DNA of 64,000 nucleotides from Hypanus sabinus (taxonomy: Eukaryota): contig NC_082722.1 of NCBI RefSeq assembly GCF_030144855.1, forward strand, positions 20,274,001 to 20,338,000, written 5' to 3'. The notes under the pieces are model-generated. The model was given only the letters and a program-made list of their open reading frames with translations. It made no database searches and was not told the DNA's origin. The number at the start of each line of letters is the position of its first letter. Within the stretch, counting starts at the first letter, position 1. Shown one piece after another: positions 63,600 through 64,000 of the stretch. The position numbers were made by a program, and so were the translations under genes.

Positions 63600-64000
63600 C
63601 TGATAAAAGAGCATTGATATCAGTAGCACAACAGATTATGCAAATTCTGGAAATCCAGAGCAACACCCATAAGGTGAACTCAGCAGACCACGCACGAGCC
63701 ATGGAAATTAAAGAAAGGTCAACATTTCGGTCCGAGTCTCTGCATTAAGATTGGAAAGGAGGAGGGAAGATTGCAGAATATAAACGCGGTGAAAAGAAAG
63801 ACTGATTAGAAGGTGAACGGTGAAGCCAGGTTGAGTGGACTTTGGGAGGTTGGGGCAGAGGAGCGTGTGCGGTTGGATGACTTAAGAAGCTGGGAGATAA
63901 GAGGTTGAAAATGCAAAGAGCTGTTAGGAAAGGAGTGTAGACTACGGGGGGAAAGGAAGGAAGTGGGTCAGAAGGGAAACTTATCGGCAGCAGAGCAAAG
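63600..64000 (-). mobile_element. Penelope-like tail fragment (positional homologue of 9230-9600)
   Basis: gaactcagcagacc...caacatttcggtccgag followed by a purine-rich run. Confidence 0.6.

Larger units (their letters stand above)
58590..64000 (+). repeat. Older paralogous block (copy C) homologous to A 1-9600 and B 31800-43400 without their insertions
   Basis: Patchy alignments, e.g. gtaattgacattaatgaagtgggtttgtttgcctttggga (58763) vs ataattggcatcagtgaaaggactttgtttgtctttggga (256); cttcattcaagtctttgaaaa (63411) vs cttcattcagatctttgaaaa (8942); 60700-61100 vs 40750-41220. Confidence 0.8.

Noticed and set aside
63638-63645. Perfect octamer ATGCAAAT
   Set aside because: 3.6 kb upstream and inside a degenerate repeat tail; probably chance
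1-64000. RSS/RAG-type rearranging locus, CRISPR array, tRNA or rRNA genes
   Set aside because: No heptamer-spacer-nonamer seen beside the V exons, no regularly spaced repeat-spacer array, and no recognisable structural RNA gene by eye (not computationally excluded)

Overview
Repeat-rich vertebrate genomic DNA. The mix of CR1, Rex1/Babar, Penelope, L1 and Gypsy elements suggests a cartilaginous fish, probably a ray (inference). The main content is an intact six-exon minus-strand gene (CDS 60036->48858, 310 aa) that the ORF track does not show as one ORF. It encodes a leader, a single-exon germline VJ-type Ig domain, a C1-set domain, an uncharged TM and a tail with two ITIMs, i.e. a non-rearranging, antigen-receptor-shaped inhibitory receptor (SIRP/NKp30/NITR-like). 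Two head-to-tail pseudogenised paralogues (V remnants at ~5.9 kb and ~37.7 kb) lie in a ~17-19 kb segmental duplication (41-17080 vs 31781-50690, roughly 85-92% identical by eye). That duplication also left an orphan ITIM exon at 15286-15414. The 14.7 kb junction between the duplicates holds an assembly gap, an L1-in-Rex1-in-Gypsy (Gmr1 order) nest, and several local templated duplications. Exon boundaries were derived by hand from the sequence. Repeat boundaries are approximate and no database search was run.
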